A stretch of DNA of 64,000 nt from a virus (lineage: Duplodnaviria; Heunggongvirae; Uroviricota; Caudoviricetes), in the IMG/VR virus record IMGVR_UViG_3300022719_000284, positions 26,827 through 90,826 of that record; one strand, 5' to 3'. The notes under the pieces are model-generated. The model did no database searches, had not been told where the DNA came from, and saw only the letters and a list, made by a program, of their open reading frames with translations. Each line of letters opens with the position of its first letter. Within the stretch, counting starts at the first letter, position 1. A program made the position numbers and the translations under genes. Positions 1 through 10,300 of the stretch are shown here, piece by piece.

Positions 1-7
1 GCTTTAA

Positions 8-1369
8 ATGGCTGCACGTAAAAAATCTGTTGCAGAGCAAAACACAAATGGCTTTTGGAAGCCAAACATGGACAACATCATCGAAGAAACTAGCCAAAGT
101 GTTGGTATGACTCCGATTAGTCTAAGACGAAGCGGTTATGTTGATTGTTCTGTTTCCACTGGGCTGCTAATATATGACTTGTGTGTAGGTGGTGGTTTCC
201 ATCCCGGTCGGTTTTGTGGTCAGTATGGACCCGAGCAGGGGGGAAAATCAACAGCTTGTGCAAGTTCAGTAGCGCAGGCCCAGAAAAAGAATATAGAGTC
301 GTTCTTTTTTGACCATGAGGGTTCCGCAGACCCTTCCTATTGGAACAGGATAGGGGTTAATCTGTATGGTGATTTTCGAAGTGAGGAAGCACAAGCGGAG
401 GCTGGTACACAGGCCGGATTTAATGCTGGCCCAAATTTGAGATATTATGCTCCCGATACTGCTGAAAAATCTTTGAAATTCATGAGTCGTTTGTTACACC
501 AAATGCCTGATAAACGTCTATACAACGATCAATGGTATTACGTTCTTGACATGACTCAGGCGGAGGCTCAACGTCAAGGTGTTCCTTTTGATACTGGAGT
601 TACCAGAAAGATAGGTGGAGGAGTATGGGTTCCGGCAGAGGACGGACGAGCCCAAGCTGTTTTCTACATCGACTCGATTGCCGCTATGAAGCCCGAGGCT
701 CTGGTAGGCAAGAAAACAGCCAAAGATTGGAAGGACCAAAGTGGGGCACAAGCTCTTTTGGCTCGTTGTATGGCCGAAAACCTAGCTGGTGTGACTTCCG
801 CTATAGTCAATAAAAGAGTTACGATAGTAGCCACCAATCAGCTTCGTGAAAAACCGGGCGTGACCTACGGAAACCCGGAATATCCGCCTGGAGGTAATGC
901 TCTAAAGCATGCTCATGATAATAGAGTCAAATTGACGAAGCGTGCATGCCCTGCTGGGTGGTCTGGCAAATCCGGAGTGCAGGAGGAGACGTGTTGGGAT
1001 GGTAAAGGTAAGGATCGATATAGTTTTAGCAAACTGACTAACGAGAAATGTAAGGATTTTATGCCAAACACTTCTGGTTGGATAAGGTGGTGGTTCGAAG
1101 ATAATGGCCGCCCAGGCCCTGGGATCGATCCTGTGTTCGACACATTCCAGTATCTAAAGAAAACAGGACAGCTAGCCAAAGCTGGCACCAAGTTCGAAGT
1201 TTCAGTTCCCGGTCGAGAAGATGTTTTAACTGTGGATTCGGCTGGATTTAAAGCTTTGATCTTGGATCCTGAACATAAGGATGAGCTTAGAGAAGCCTGT
1301 TGGGGTCAGCTCCGAAGTGGGGAAGGGTTCGAGAGATTCTTCGACACTGAACAATCGGAAGATGCATGA
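8..1369 (+). CDS. recA: RecA/UvsX-like recombinase
   Basis: Walker A GPEQGGKST, FFDHEGS (catalytic Glu region), Walker B FYIDSIAAM, NQLREKPG and PPGGNALKH RecA signature; ~50-aa insertion before Walker B. Confidence 0.9.
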   Translation: MAARKKSVAEQNTNGFWKPNMDNIIEETSQSVGMTPISLRRSGYVDCSVSTGLLIYDLCVGGGFHPGRFCGQYGPEQGGKSTACASSVAQAQKKNIESFFFDHEGSADPSYWNRIGVNLYGDFRSEEAQAEAGTQAGFNAGPNLRYYAPDTAEKSLKFMSRLLHQMPDKRLYNDQWYYVLDMTQAEAQRQGVPFDTGVTRKIGGGVWVPAEDGRAQAVFYIDSIAAMKPEALVGKKTAKDWKDQSGAQALLARCMAENLAGVTSAIVNKRVTIVATNQLREKPGVTYGNPEYPPGGNALKHAHDNRVKLTKRACPAGWSGKSGVQEETCWDGKGKDRYSFSKLTNEKCKDFMPNTSGWIRWWFEDNGRPGPGIDPVFDTFQYLKKTGQLAKAGTKFEVSVPGREDVLTVDSAGFKALILDPEHKDELREACWGQLRSGEGFERFFDTEQSEDA

Positions 1370-2109
1370 ATACCCATACTCGGGTTAAATGTGCGGTATG
1401 TGGCAGTACATCTCTAAATCCTGTGGTATTAACACCGGAACAAGAAATCGCACGTCAAAATGTTCCGGAGCATTTACCCTATGAGCAATGCGTTAGGTGT
1501 GGTCTTTGGTTACAGTTTCCGCCGCCTCCGTTTCAATATGAAGCTGACGATAAGTTGGGTAATATGAAGGCTAACGCCCAGTCGGAAGCTGCGCACTTTG
1601 AATGGTTAGCTAGTAGGTTGTATAAATCATATAAACCCAAGTCTGTTCTTGACATTGGGTGCAGCTATCCACTCTTTTTACATTTCATGCTCACCAAACA
1701 CGATGTGAAGTCAGTGCTAGGAATCGATGGTTCCCCGTATTCCGAAGAGTACGGAAAAGAGCTGGGTGTTCCCATGGGTGTAGCTGATTTCATGGAATAC
1801 GACTTCGATAGAAAGTATGATCTCATTAGCATGACCCACATCATTGAGCACTTTCATAATCCTTTACCGGTAGTTATGAAGGTCAAACGACTGCTTAATC
1901 CGGGAGGGGTTCTATTCGTAAGGACGCCTTTGAACGACACCACAGGGTTGACTAGGTGGCATCTTACTGAGCATCACTTTAAAGTTCATCCGATCGTCTT
2001 TGGCCGATCTTCTCTAAAGATGTTGATGGAAATGGCAGGAATGGCATCAGTGTACGAAGCTGTCAGTGATGGAGTCGGGCACGGAGATTGGGATTTCAAG
2101 GCAAAATGA
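1366..2109 (+). CDS. Class I SAM-dependent methyltransferase with N-terminal Zn-binding CxxC pair
   Basis: CAVC...CVRC at the N-terminus, motif I VLDIGCS, YDLISMTHIIEHFHNP, LLNPGGVLF; ATGA overlap with recA. Confidence 0.85.
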   Translation: MNTHTRVKCAVCGSTSLNPVVLTPEQEIARQNVPEHLPYEQCVRCGLWLQFPPPPFQYEADDKLGNMKANAQSEAAHFEWLASRLYKSYKPKSVLDIGCSYPLFLHFMLTKHDVKSVLGIDGSPYSEEYGKELGVPMGVADFMEYDFDRKYDLISMTHIIEHFHNPLPVVMKVKRLLNPGGVLFVRTPLNDTTGLTRWHLTEHHFKVHPIVFGRSSLKMLMEMAGMASVYEAVSDGVGHGDWDFKAK

Positions 2110-2354
2110 ATACCCCCAGACGACCAACTCTAGAAGAAGAGCAGTACAATGACGCCATCGAAGAAGAACTCGATGAGTGGGATGACATGATTTTGGGGCC
2201 AGTTCCCGGAGAGTGGATAGAAGATTGGGATGCAGCTATGGAAGCTGATTATCTCGGAGAAGTTCACCCGGAATCAAGGCTAGAGGCTAACGTAAGTTCT
2301 TCTCCGGAGGACTGGAGAGAGTTCTTGAGAAAGATTGAGGAAGATCTTGGCTAA
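2106..2354 (+). CDS. Hypothetical acidic protein
   Basis: ATGA overlap with the upstream stop gives start 2106; very D/E-rich 82 aa. Confidence 0.6.
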   Translation: MNTPRRPTLEEEQYNDAIEEELDEWDDMILGPVPGEWIEDWDAAMEADYLGEVHPESRLEANVSSSPEDWREFLRKIEEDLG

Positions 2355-2431
2355 CGACAATAAAAAAATTGCAAAAGAGACCGCCCGGAAAAAGGAATGG
2401 GCGGAAGAAGCAGCTAAGTATTTGGAGAAGC

Positions 2432-3463
2432 ATGACAATGGTTAAATTCCTACACACTGCTGATTTACATATAGGTAAAAGCAGAACTCTTCCTGATTAC
2501 TTAGATAGACAATCTGCGATGCTAGATGGCATTTACAAGGCAGCTAGGAACGAAGATATAAATATTGTTCTAATGGCAGGAGATATCTTCGAATCCAAGA
2601 ATATTCGATGGACTGAGCAGAAGCTCTTTATAGAGAAATTATTTCAATTTGATTCGGAAGGCTTCATCACGATCGTTGCCAACGGCAATCACGATGAATT
2701 AGCAGCGGGATACTCTCATATGTGGCTACCAGCTATGATTGCGGCCAATGGAGGTCTTCGCAACACATACATCGTAGACGGGGAGCCACAACTGGTTGAG
2801 CTAGACGACATTGAGTTGGCTGTCATCCCTGTAGTTCACCATAACATGTCAACCAAGGAGCTTCAGGCCAAAGTCGAAGACATGTATGGTCAGGCTTCAG
2901 GATCTAAACCTTTCGTAGTGATGTTGCATGCTACTATCAGCGGTGCCAACACCGATATTGGCTACAACATTAGTGGTGGACCAAGAATCCCTGATCTTGG
3001 TTTCGTAGATTACTGGGCAGTTGGAGATATTCATAAGAGTCAGCAGATAGGAGAAAAGGCTTGGTATAGCGGTGCTCCGATCCAGCATGACTTCGGAGAT
3101 GCGCAGCCGAAGGGTGTTTTACTTGTGGAAGTGGAAATGGGGTCAGAGCCAGTTACAAAGCTGCTTGAGCTGGAGGGGATAAAGCCTTTGGTGACCTTAA
3201 TGGAGAAGCCCGAAGAATGGCCTACGGATTGTTACATTCGATATCTAGGTCCCCTTGAGGGCATCATTGAACTGCCTGGGAATGTAATCAAAACTTGTGG
3301 GGCTGCCCCAGAGTCTAAAGACGAAGAGGAGCAAGAGGCTGTACAGGTAGAATTTACAGATTCATTAACGGAAGGTTTGGCTGAATATCTCAACTCTAAA
3401 GGTATTTCACCTGAGTATCAAGAGATGGGCCTGTCTTGGGTAGCGGAGAAGTACATTAAATGA
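2432..3463 (+). CDS. sbcD: SbcD/Mre11-like metallophosphoesterase nuclease
   Basis: FLHTADLHIG, MAGDIFE, GNHD, MLH and GDIHK motifs; start chosen at MTMVKF. Confidence 0.9.
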   Translation: MTMVKFLHTADLHIGKSRTLPDYLDRQSAMLDGIYKAARNEDINIVLMAGDIFESKNIRWTEQKLFIEKLFQFDSEGFITIVANGNHDELAAGYSHMWLPAMIAANGGLRNTYIVDGEPQLVELDDIELAVIPVVHHNMSTKELQAKVEDMYGQASGSKPFVVMLHATISGANTDIGYNISGGPRIPDLGFVDYWAVGDIHKSQQIGEKAWYSGAPIQHDFGDAQPKGVLLVEVEMGSEPVTKLLELEGIKPLVTLMEKPEEWPTDCYIRYLGPLEGIIELPGNVIKTCGAAPESKDEEEQEAVQVEFTDSLTEGLAEYLNSKGISPEYQEMGLSWVAEKYIK

Positions 3464-3514
3464 AAACTCTACACAACAGGCTCGGAGTACCTGTTGGACT
3501 AAAGGTATATTGGT

Positions 3515-3808
3515 ATGATAAATCTGCTCGAAAAATGGAGATCTAGAGTGTCCATCACCAAGCCAAAGACTAAGAAGATGCGCCTTACCATAGGATTTCA
3601 GGTTGAGTACGATGCCCCACTTTCATATTATGATGAAGAAACCCAGAAAGATCCCCAAAAGATGGCAGAGACCGATTCTGAATCTGCAAAGGCTAATCCA
3701 TTTCAAGCGCTGCGGGCTTTTGTAAAGTTTCCGGGAGCAAGGATGTCTGTGAAGGTAGAGCCGGTGCTTACTGTAGGCCAGAAGGCTGGGTTGGAGATTC
3801 AGGAATGA
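3515..3808 (+). CDS. Hypothetical protein (true start may be GTG 3548 after a GGAG RBS)
   Basis: ORF overlaps the next gene by ATGA; no recognisable motif. Confidence 0.55.
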   Translation: MINLLEKWRSRVSITKPKTKKMRLTIGFQVEYDAPLSYYDEETQKDPQKMAETDSESAKANPFQALRAFVKFPGARMSVKVEPVLTVGQKAGLEIQE

Positions 3809-4950
3809 AAAGCAAAAGCAAGCACTCAGACAGATTCAGCCATGCCGAGTTCAAAGCTATTCATAGTTTGTATTCTGCCGGAGTTACGTGTTCTGAACTT
3901 GCTGAAAGATTTGGAATCAACAGAGATTTCATTTCTGGTTTATGTACTGGATTGGACGCCCAAACTAGTTTAACTAGGAGTTACAAATTTAATGAAGTCT
4001 CTTTGGTTCCGCAGAAAAATATTTGCACATCTAGATTAGATCCCGATACTCGTTCTGAAGCTGTCAGAGGAGTGTGGTTAGATACACCTTTAATTGCGTC
4101 CAACATGTCCACAGTATGTAACTCTTCCTTTTGCGCTAAACTTGATTCGCTTGGTGCTATGGGTGTACTGCATCGCGCAGCAACAGATCAAAACTTGATT
4201 CAAGAGGTAAAAGATCTTGCAGCAACAGGAAGTAAAAATGTCGCAGCTTCAATAGGTGTAGGAGATAAACAATTTGAGCTGGCTAAGAAGTTTGTTGATG
4301 TAGGTGCTAATATCATTGTCATCGATATTGCCAATGGTTACACCGATACTGTTATAGAGCTTGGAAAAAAAATCAAAACTCACTTGCCTGTAAAGTTGAT
4401 AATTGGAAACACAACCAATGTTGGATTGATGTATGAAGTCGAGGGCTTTGCCGATGCTGTGAAATGTGGGGTGGGGGGAGGACTCGCTTGCGAAACAGCT
4501 TTTATGGCAGGGTTTACAGAAGGGCAATATTCTGCTGTTCTGAAATTTAAGGAGATATCAAAGAAACTGGGTCTGCCAGTTATCAGTGATGGTGGGATTA
4601 GAGAGCCAGGGGATTTAGTGAAAGCTATAGCTGCGGGAGCTGGGTCAGCTATGGCTGGGTCGATTTTTGCCCGTTGTCCAGAAAGTGCAGGGGATATTGT
4701 GACTTTGGAGGATGGATCACGTAAAAAGCTGTATGCAGGTATGGCGTCAAGACATGTTCAAAATCAATGGAGAGGCGGATTAAAGGACGGAACGTGTCCA
4801 GAAGGGGCAGTGAAGTATCTAGATATAGGAGAACCGGTAGAGGAACTTATTGAGAGATATTCCGGTGCCCTACGTTCAGGAATTACATATTCAGGGGGTA
4901 AAACAATTGATTCTCTTCGCGATGTTGAAGTGATTAACGTTAAGCAATAG
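3805..4950 (+). CDS. guaC: GMP reductase / IMP dehydrogenase family enzyme (no CBS domains) with N-terminal HTH extension
   Basis: PLIASNMSTV, GVLHR, IVIDIANG, catalytic loop GVGGGLACET, VISDGGIR, YAGMAS, PEG, LRSGITYSG; GuaC versus GuaB not resolvable by eye. Confidence 0.8.
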   Translation: MKSKSKHSDRFSHAEFKAIHSLYSAGVTCSELAERFGINRDFISGLCTGLDAQTSLTRSYKFNEVSLVPQKNICTSRLDPDTRSEAVRGVWLDTPLIASNMSTVCNSSFCAKLDSLGAMGVLHRAATDQNLIQEVKDLAATGSKNVAASIGVGDKQFELAKKFVDVGANIIVIDIANGYTDTVIELGKKIKTHLPVKLIIGNTTNVGLMYEVEGFADAVKCGVGGGLACETAFMAGFTEGQYSAVLKFKEISKKLGLPVISDGGIREPGDLVKAIAAGAGSAMAGSIFARCPESAGDIVTLEDGSRKKLYAGMASRHVQNQWRGGLKDGTCPEGAVKYLDIGEPVEELIERYSGALRSGITYSGGKTIDSLRDVEVINVKQ

Positions 4951-4985
4951 TCATACAGAACGTAAACTATAAAGTAAGGTAAGAA

Positions 4986-5333
4986 ATGGGTAAGGTATCC
5001 GTATCAGATGAAGTTTTGGCCGATGTGTTGATTGATAGGATTAATCAACTGATTAAGGACGATAGCGTCAGGAAGGCACTAGGTGACCTTTGCTTGAAAG
5101 GGAAGGTTACTGTTACTGGTTCTGTTGTGGATCACCCTAGCATTCAAATTTTGTCCAAGGGGGACGAATTTGTTTTGGGTTTCTTGGGTATGTTAAACGG
5201 AATTGTAGGTTCAATTGATGGTGGTCCCCTGGACCGTTGCGGTTATATCGCAGCAGTCTATGACAAACCCTCCGAAGACGCAGAGGTAGAAGACTTTGAG
5301 TTACTTCATTTTAAAAGATTCGACAGAGAATGA
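4986..5333 (+). CDS. Hypothetical protein
   Basis: 115-aa ORF in the operon with AAGG-type RBS. Confidence 0.6.
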   Translation: MGKVSVSDEVLADVLIDRINQLIKDDSVRKALGDLCLKGKVTVTGSVVDHPSIQILSKGDEFVLGFLGMLNGIVGSIDGGPLDRCGYIAAVYDKPSEDAEVEDFELLHFKRFDRE

Positions 5334-5362
5334 GCAAAAACGAGGCAAGGAACTGATAAAAT

Positions 5363-5713
5363 ATGAGGTGTAGGCAGTGCCCAAAACCTGGGTCCCCAAT
5401 TAACAACCTATTAAACAGGTTGGGAAGTGAGGAGTCCGTCACGGTGTTATCTGCTTGCGCTGGGTATATTTATGATGGGCATGTTAATTTACCTGAAAAG
5501 CCGTACATCTTGTTCGCTGTAAAGCACATAGGTATTTTAGATAAATTGTGGAGACAGGTGTTCAGTCGTCTCAATGTTCCGAGTTATTTGATCTACAACG
5601 GATCTAGACAATTTTTACTCGAAATAGATATGCCTTCTAACTGGCCCAACAGGGATGAGTTACTTACAAAGGTGTGGGCCATAATAGATCAACGTGTAAG
5701 GGATTTGTCATGA
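5363..5713 (+). CDS. Hypothetical protein
   Basis: 116-aa ORF, ATGA overlap with the next gene. Confidence 0.55.
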   Translation: MRCRQCPKPGSPINNLLNRLGSEESVTVLSACAGYIYDGHVNLPEKPYILFAVKHIGILDKLWRQVFSRLNVPSYLIYNGSRQFLLEIDMPSNWPNRDELLTKVWAIIDQRVRDLS

Positions 5714-6204
5714 AACTTTTTATCATAGGATCCGGCCGTCACGGAAAAGATACTGTTGGGGAAATTATTCATAAAAATTATGGATTGACTTTTAGATCTT
5801 CTTCCATGTTTTGTGCAGAAAATGTCGTTAGGCCCTGGTTGGAAAATTTAGGAATATTTTATAATACTATAGAAGAGTGTTACGAAGACAGGACAAATCG
5901 TAGAGTAGAGTGGTATGAAGCAATAAGAGATTATAATAAAAATGATGAATCAAGATTGTCTTCAGCAATTCTTTCTACATATGATATTTACGTAGGTATA
6001 AGAAACAGGGTAGAATTTTTAGCATCCAAGCACCTATCAGATCTTAGTATATGGGTCGATGCGTCCAAAAGAGTCAATATAGCGGACCCTACAATCAAGA
6101 TTAAACCTGGGGATTGCGATATCATTATTGATAATAACGGAACAGAAGAAGAGTTGCACGAAAAAGTCACTAGATTATTCGATTGTATAGTTAGAAACAA
6201 TTAG
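5710..6204 (+). CDS. Deoxynucleoside monophosphate kinase
   Basis: N-terminal P-loop IIGSGRHGKDT, GIRNRVE, C-terminal DIIIDNNGT typical of phage dNMP kinases. Confidence 0.8.
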   Translation: MKLFIIGSGRHGKDTVGEIIHKNYGLTFRSSSMFCAENVVRPWLENLGIFYNTIEECYEDRTNRRVEWYEAIRDYNKNDESRLSSAILSTYDIYVGIRNRVEFLASKHLSDLSIWVDASKRVNIADPTIKIKPGDCDIIIDNNGTEEELHEKVTRLFDCIVRNN

Positions 6205-6249
6205 CGAAGAACTTATCTCTTTACAAGTTGATGCTGAACTGGAGCCATT

Positions 6250-7299
6250 ATGTCTTTTGCACTTAAGTATCGTCCCCTAACTCTTGACGATATGGTTGGT
6301 CAAGATGCCGCTGTAAAGCAAATTAGGGGTTTGTTATCTAGGGAAGATATTCCTCATTCTATCCTTATAACAGGACCAACAGGGTCTGGCAAAACTACTC
6401 TAGCTAGAATCATAGCTAGAACGGTAAACGATATTCCTTCTGATTCAAAAAAGCTAATAGATACTCATGAGATTGACGGGGCAGAGTCCAGAGGTATTGA
6501 CGACGTTCGGCAATTAATAAGGGCGGCAAAGTTTTCCCCCAGAAAGAATTATCGAGTCTATATATTGGATGAGATACACCAATGGACCCCACAAGCTAAG
6601 CAGGCTTTCCTAAAAACCCTTGAAGAACCTCCCTCTAGAACTTTATTTGTACTTTGCACAAATGAGCCTGAAAAGTTGCCAGATACAATACGTGGAAGAT
6701 GTCATCAGATTAGGCTATCAAAAGTAAGTCTTGAGAATACTGTAATTCTTCTAAAAAGAGTTTCTGAAAAAGAAGGAATTGCTTTACCGATAAATGTATT
6801 AGAGAAAATAGCTCACCTCACAAGTGGGCATCTTAGAGATTCTTTGAATGCTCTTGAAGCTGTTTTTAATTACTCCTCTGGTGGGGGAAACATTAACGAG
6901 ACTGAAGGTGTGGTCTCCGCTGTAGAGCAAGTTGTTTTAATACCACCTAGGGATTACTTGCATAAGTATCTTCTTTCTGTTTATAAGGGTAAATATGCAA
7001 TAGCTTTGAGAATATCTAATGTTGTTGAAAATGTGGATTATTTTTTAGCATGTTTGATGGAAGCCCATGAACAAGCTATCCATGCTTTGGTAAGTGAAAA
7101 GTTGATTACACCTTACACCAGTAATTGGGCTGATAAGGTGAAAGAAGTTGTTGATAGGACAGATTTAGAAATAATGTCAAACATGCTTGACGAGATGGTA
7201 AAAAGTATGGTCTTAATTAAAGAGAGGACTGTAGACTCTAACAGAGTTTTGACAGCCCTTACTGCACGAATCGTAACCATGAAAAATAGATCGGATTGA
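6250..7299 (+). CDS. dnaX: DNA polymerase III clamp-loader gamma/tau-like subunit
   Basis: ALKYRP..DDMVGQ, GPTGSGKTT, YILDEIH, FLKTLEEPP, TIRGRC, GHLRDSLN. Confidence 0.92.
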   Translation: MSFALKYRPLTLDDMVGQDAAVKQIRGLLSREDIPHSILITGPTGSGKTTLARIIARTVNDIPSDSKKLIDTHEIDGAESRGIDDVRQLIRAAKFSPRKNYRVYILDEIHQWTPQAKQAFLKTLEEPPSRTLFVLCTNEPEKLPDTIRGRCHQIRLSKVSLENTVILLKRVSEKEGIALPINVLEKIAHLTSGHLRDSLNALEAVFNYSSGGGNINETEGVVSAVEQVVLIPPRDYLHKYLLSVYKGKYAIALRISNVVENVDYFLACLMEAHEQAIHALVSEKLITPYTSNWADKVKEVVDRTDLEIMSNMLDEMVKSMVLIKERTVDSNRVLTALTARIVTMKNRSD

Positions 7300-7314
7300 A
7301 AAATAGATCGGATT
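7281..7314 (+). repeat. Perfect 17-bp tandem duplication GAAAAATAGATCGGATT x2
   Basis: 7281-7297 is identical to 7298-7314; the junction creates the dnaX TGA stop. Confidence 0.9.
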
Positions 7315-7344
7315 TCGAAGGGGAATCCGCACAGGAGTAAAGAT

Positions 7345-10300
7345 ATGTCAGAATTCTCTGTTCCGACCGGGATGCCTAGGTCGGTATGGGAAAACAAGTA
7401 TGCCCGTAAGCTTGACGGAACTGGAAGACAAGGAAACGCTAGAAATGAGACAGGGTTTCAAAGTTGGTCTGATCGTGTAAGTGAGGTAGTTCAAGGCAAT
7501 TTCCTGTTAGATCCCAGACCTAGAAAAGTTTTTGAGACAGAACTGGAAGAAACCTTGGCTCTTGCCAAGGCAGGAATAATGCCTTTTTCTGGAAGGCATC
7601 TCCAGCATGGAGATTTAGGTCAGCCTGACCGGATCATGGAGAGCTACACAAATTGCTCTACTGCAATATTTAGCTTTATAAAATTCTGGCTACTCTTGAA
7701 GGGTTCTGGGGTTGGTCGTTGTTACGATTCGGACCTATGTAGAGTGGATTGGAGTTTTATGCCTAACACTAGATTTGTACTTGACGAGAATCATCCCGAT
7801 TTCGAGGAAGGTATAGAATCATTGGCTGAGGCAAAGCATAAATATGATAGTGAATCCGAAGAGGTGAGGTGGTTTGAAGTAGAGGATTCTGGTGAAGGTT
7901 GGGTTAAGGTGGTAGAAATTTTAGAAACCGCGGCTTTTCAACATAAGCATGAAAATAAGCTTTTCATTTTTGATTTTTCAAAAGTTCGAGGAAAAGGAGT
8001 CCCCATTAAAGGACAACAAGGTCGCCCTGCTTCTGGTCCTGTTCCATTTATTAGAGTGTTGAAAAAAGTAGCATCTATCAAAGGTGCGGGCATGAAGCCT
8101 TGGAAGCAGGCTATGTTTATAGACCATTATCTATCGTCATGCGTAGCTGTGGGCGGCATTCGTCGTTGCTTACCTGCTGGTACGTTAGTCCAAGCTGAAA
8201 GCGGTCTTATTCCCATCGAAACTGTCAAGATAGGTTGCCAAGTAAAAACTAGCAAAGGTTTTAGTACAGTTACCGATACTTTAGACCAAGGTATTCAAAC
8301 AGTTAGTAGAATTATAACCCAAATGGGTAGCTTTGACTGCACTAAAGATCATCGGGTTGCAGTCATGCTCGATTACAAGGGTAACTACATATGGAAGAAA
8401 GCCGGTGAGCTGAAATCTGGAGATAGGTTAGTATTTCCTTCTCATGAAATCCCGGGAACAAAAACCAGCCTTCCTGAGTTTTCCTATGTTAAGCCAAAAC
8501 ATTCTACTACCTGTGTAGGTATAAAAATCCCAGAACTTACCCCAGAGATAGCTTGGTTTTTAGGTTTGTTTGCTGGAGATGGTTATATTTCCGAGCCTGC
8601 GCATAGGGGCTATGGAGCTGTAGCTCTGCATCAAGACCAATTGGATATTAAAGAACGGGCTCAAAATGCATTGAATTCCTTCGGAATATCATCTTCGTAT
8701 AAAAAATTCGAAGGAAAGCAAGCTAGGTTGGATTTCAAATCCCAGCAATTAGGAATATTCCTAAGAGAATATATTAAGCGGCCCAATGAAGCCCTAAAAG
8801 TTCCCGAGTTTATTTTGCAGGGGTTGCCGAGTATTAGAGCTGCCTATGTAGCAGGATTGTTTGATGCTGACGGGTCCTCTAGCACTAGACCACTACAAGT
8901 TGTATCTTCTGTTTACAAAAGCTATGTAGTAGAAGTTCAAGCGTTGCTTGTTTCTTTGGGTATAGCTTCTGTAATAAAAGAGAAAAAAAGAAAAGAAAAG
9001 GGCTGGAAAACTATTTATATTTTGTCTGTTAAAGGAGAAACCTTCAAAGAACATTTTGCTAAAAAGGTATCATGTTTTTCTTCTAAATTTTCTGTTGGAA
9101 ATGTTAATGTAACACGAAGCTCACATGCTTATGGATTTCCTTCCGAGTGGATAGACTTTCCCGATAAACATAAATGGTCTCCACGAAATCCTCAGATGTT
9201 AACAGAGACTTTTACAAAAATTACAGGGCAGGATGTAAGTCTTTTCCCGATAGAAGTCCTAGAAGTAAAGCTAGATTGTTACGAATGCCCTACGTTTGAT
9301 ATTACAGTGGAAGCTGAAGAATTCTCTCTAGGCTCCGGTATTTTAGTACACAATTCCGCTCGTATAGCTACAAAAAGCTGGAGAGACAAAGACGTTATAG
9401 AATTCATTGACATAAAAAGAGTAGAGTCTGAAAAAGCTAAATTATACACAGCTAACAATAGTGTGACAGTAGACGCTGAGTTTTGGGAACAGGCCCTTCG
9501 ACCAGAGCCTTCGCATGCACGTAGAGTTTTTGAGGCTGCTGTTGGTGCTGCTTACTTTGACAAAACAGGTGAACCTGGGTTCTTGAACGTAGATCTTTTA
9601 ACCAACAATGAAACTGGATTAGATAAAGTTACCAAAGATAATTACATAAGTTCAGAAATGTCCACTATGCTTAATCTCCATGACCGCACAATGGATATGA
9701 TCGATCATACTCTGAAATGGGCTAAGAAAAAGAAGTATAAATTTATCGTGAACCCGTGTGTAACAGCAGACACATGGGTGAATACATCTCACGGGCCAAG
9801 ACAGGTACAAGATCTAATAAACAAACCTTTTACTGCTGTAGTTAATGGAAAAGAGTACAAAGCTTCAGGGTTCTGGGAAACAGGTATCAAGACCGTCTAT
9901 GAGGTGAAAACTGCTCGCGGCTATAAGCTCAAAGCAACAGCTAACCACAAGCTTCTGGTGGAGACCAGCCGCAAGCAAAAATATGGCGGCGGGTACAACA
10001 CAACTACAGAATGGGTGGCGGTTGGAGACCTATCTGTAGGCAACAATCTTGTCCTATCAAACAATTGCACAGAGGTTGCGCGCAACACTGTAGAGTTCGA
10101 TAATGGCTGGTTGCTTGGCGAGATAGTGGGGGACGGCGGACACAACCCTGAAAAGTATCCATCGTATGTTAGATTTTGGGGGGAGCATAAGGAATCCCTA
10201 GCGTCATTAGCTCTTGGTATAGCTAAAAGACTTCCCAACATAGAGTCCTCTGTACCTTTTGGACAGATTCAGAACTGTGGAGAAACCTCTCAGGTAGCTA

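Noticed and set aside
5363-5713. Degenerate LAGLIDADG endonuclease (CAGYIYDG)
   Set aside because: The motif is one residue short and there is no other support by eye.
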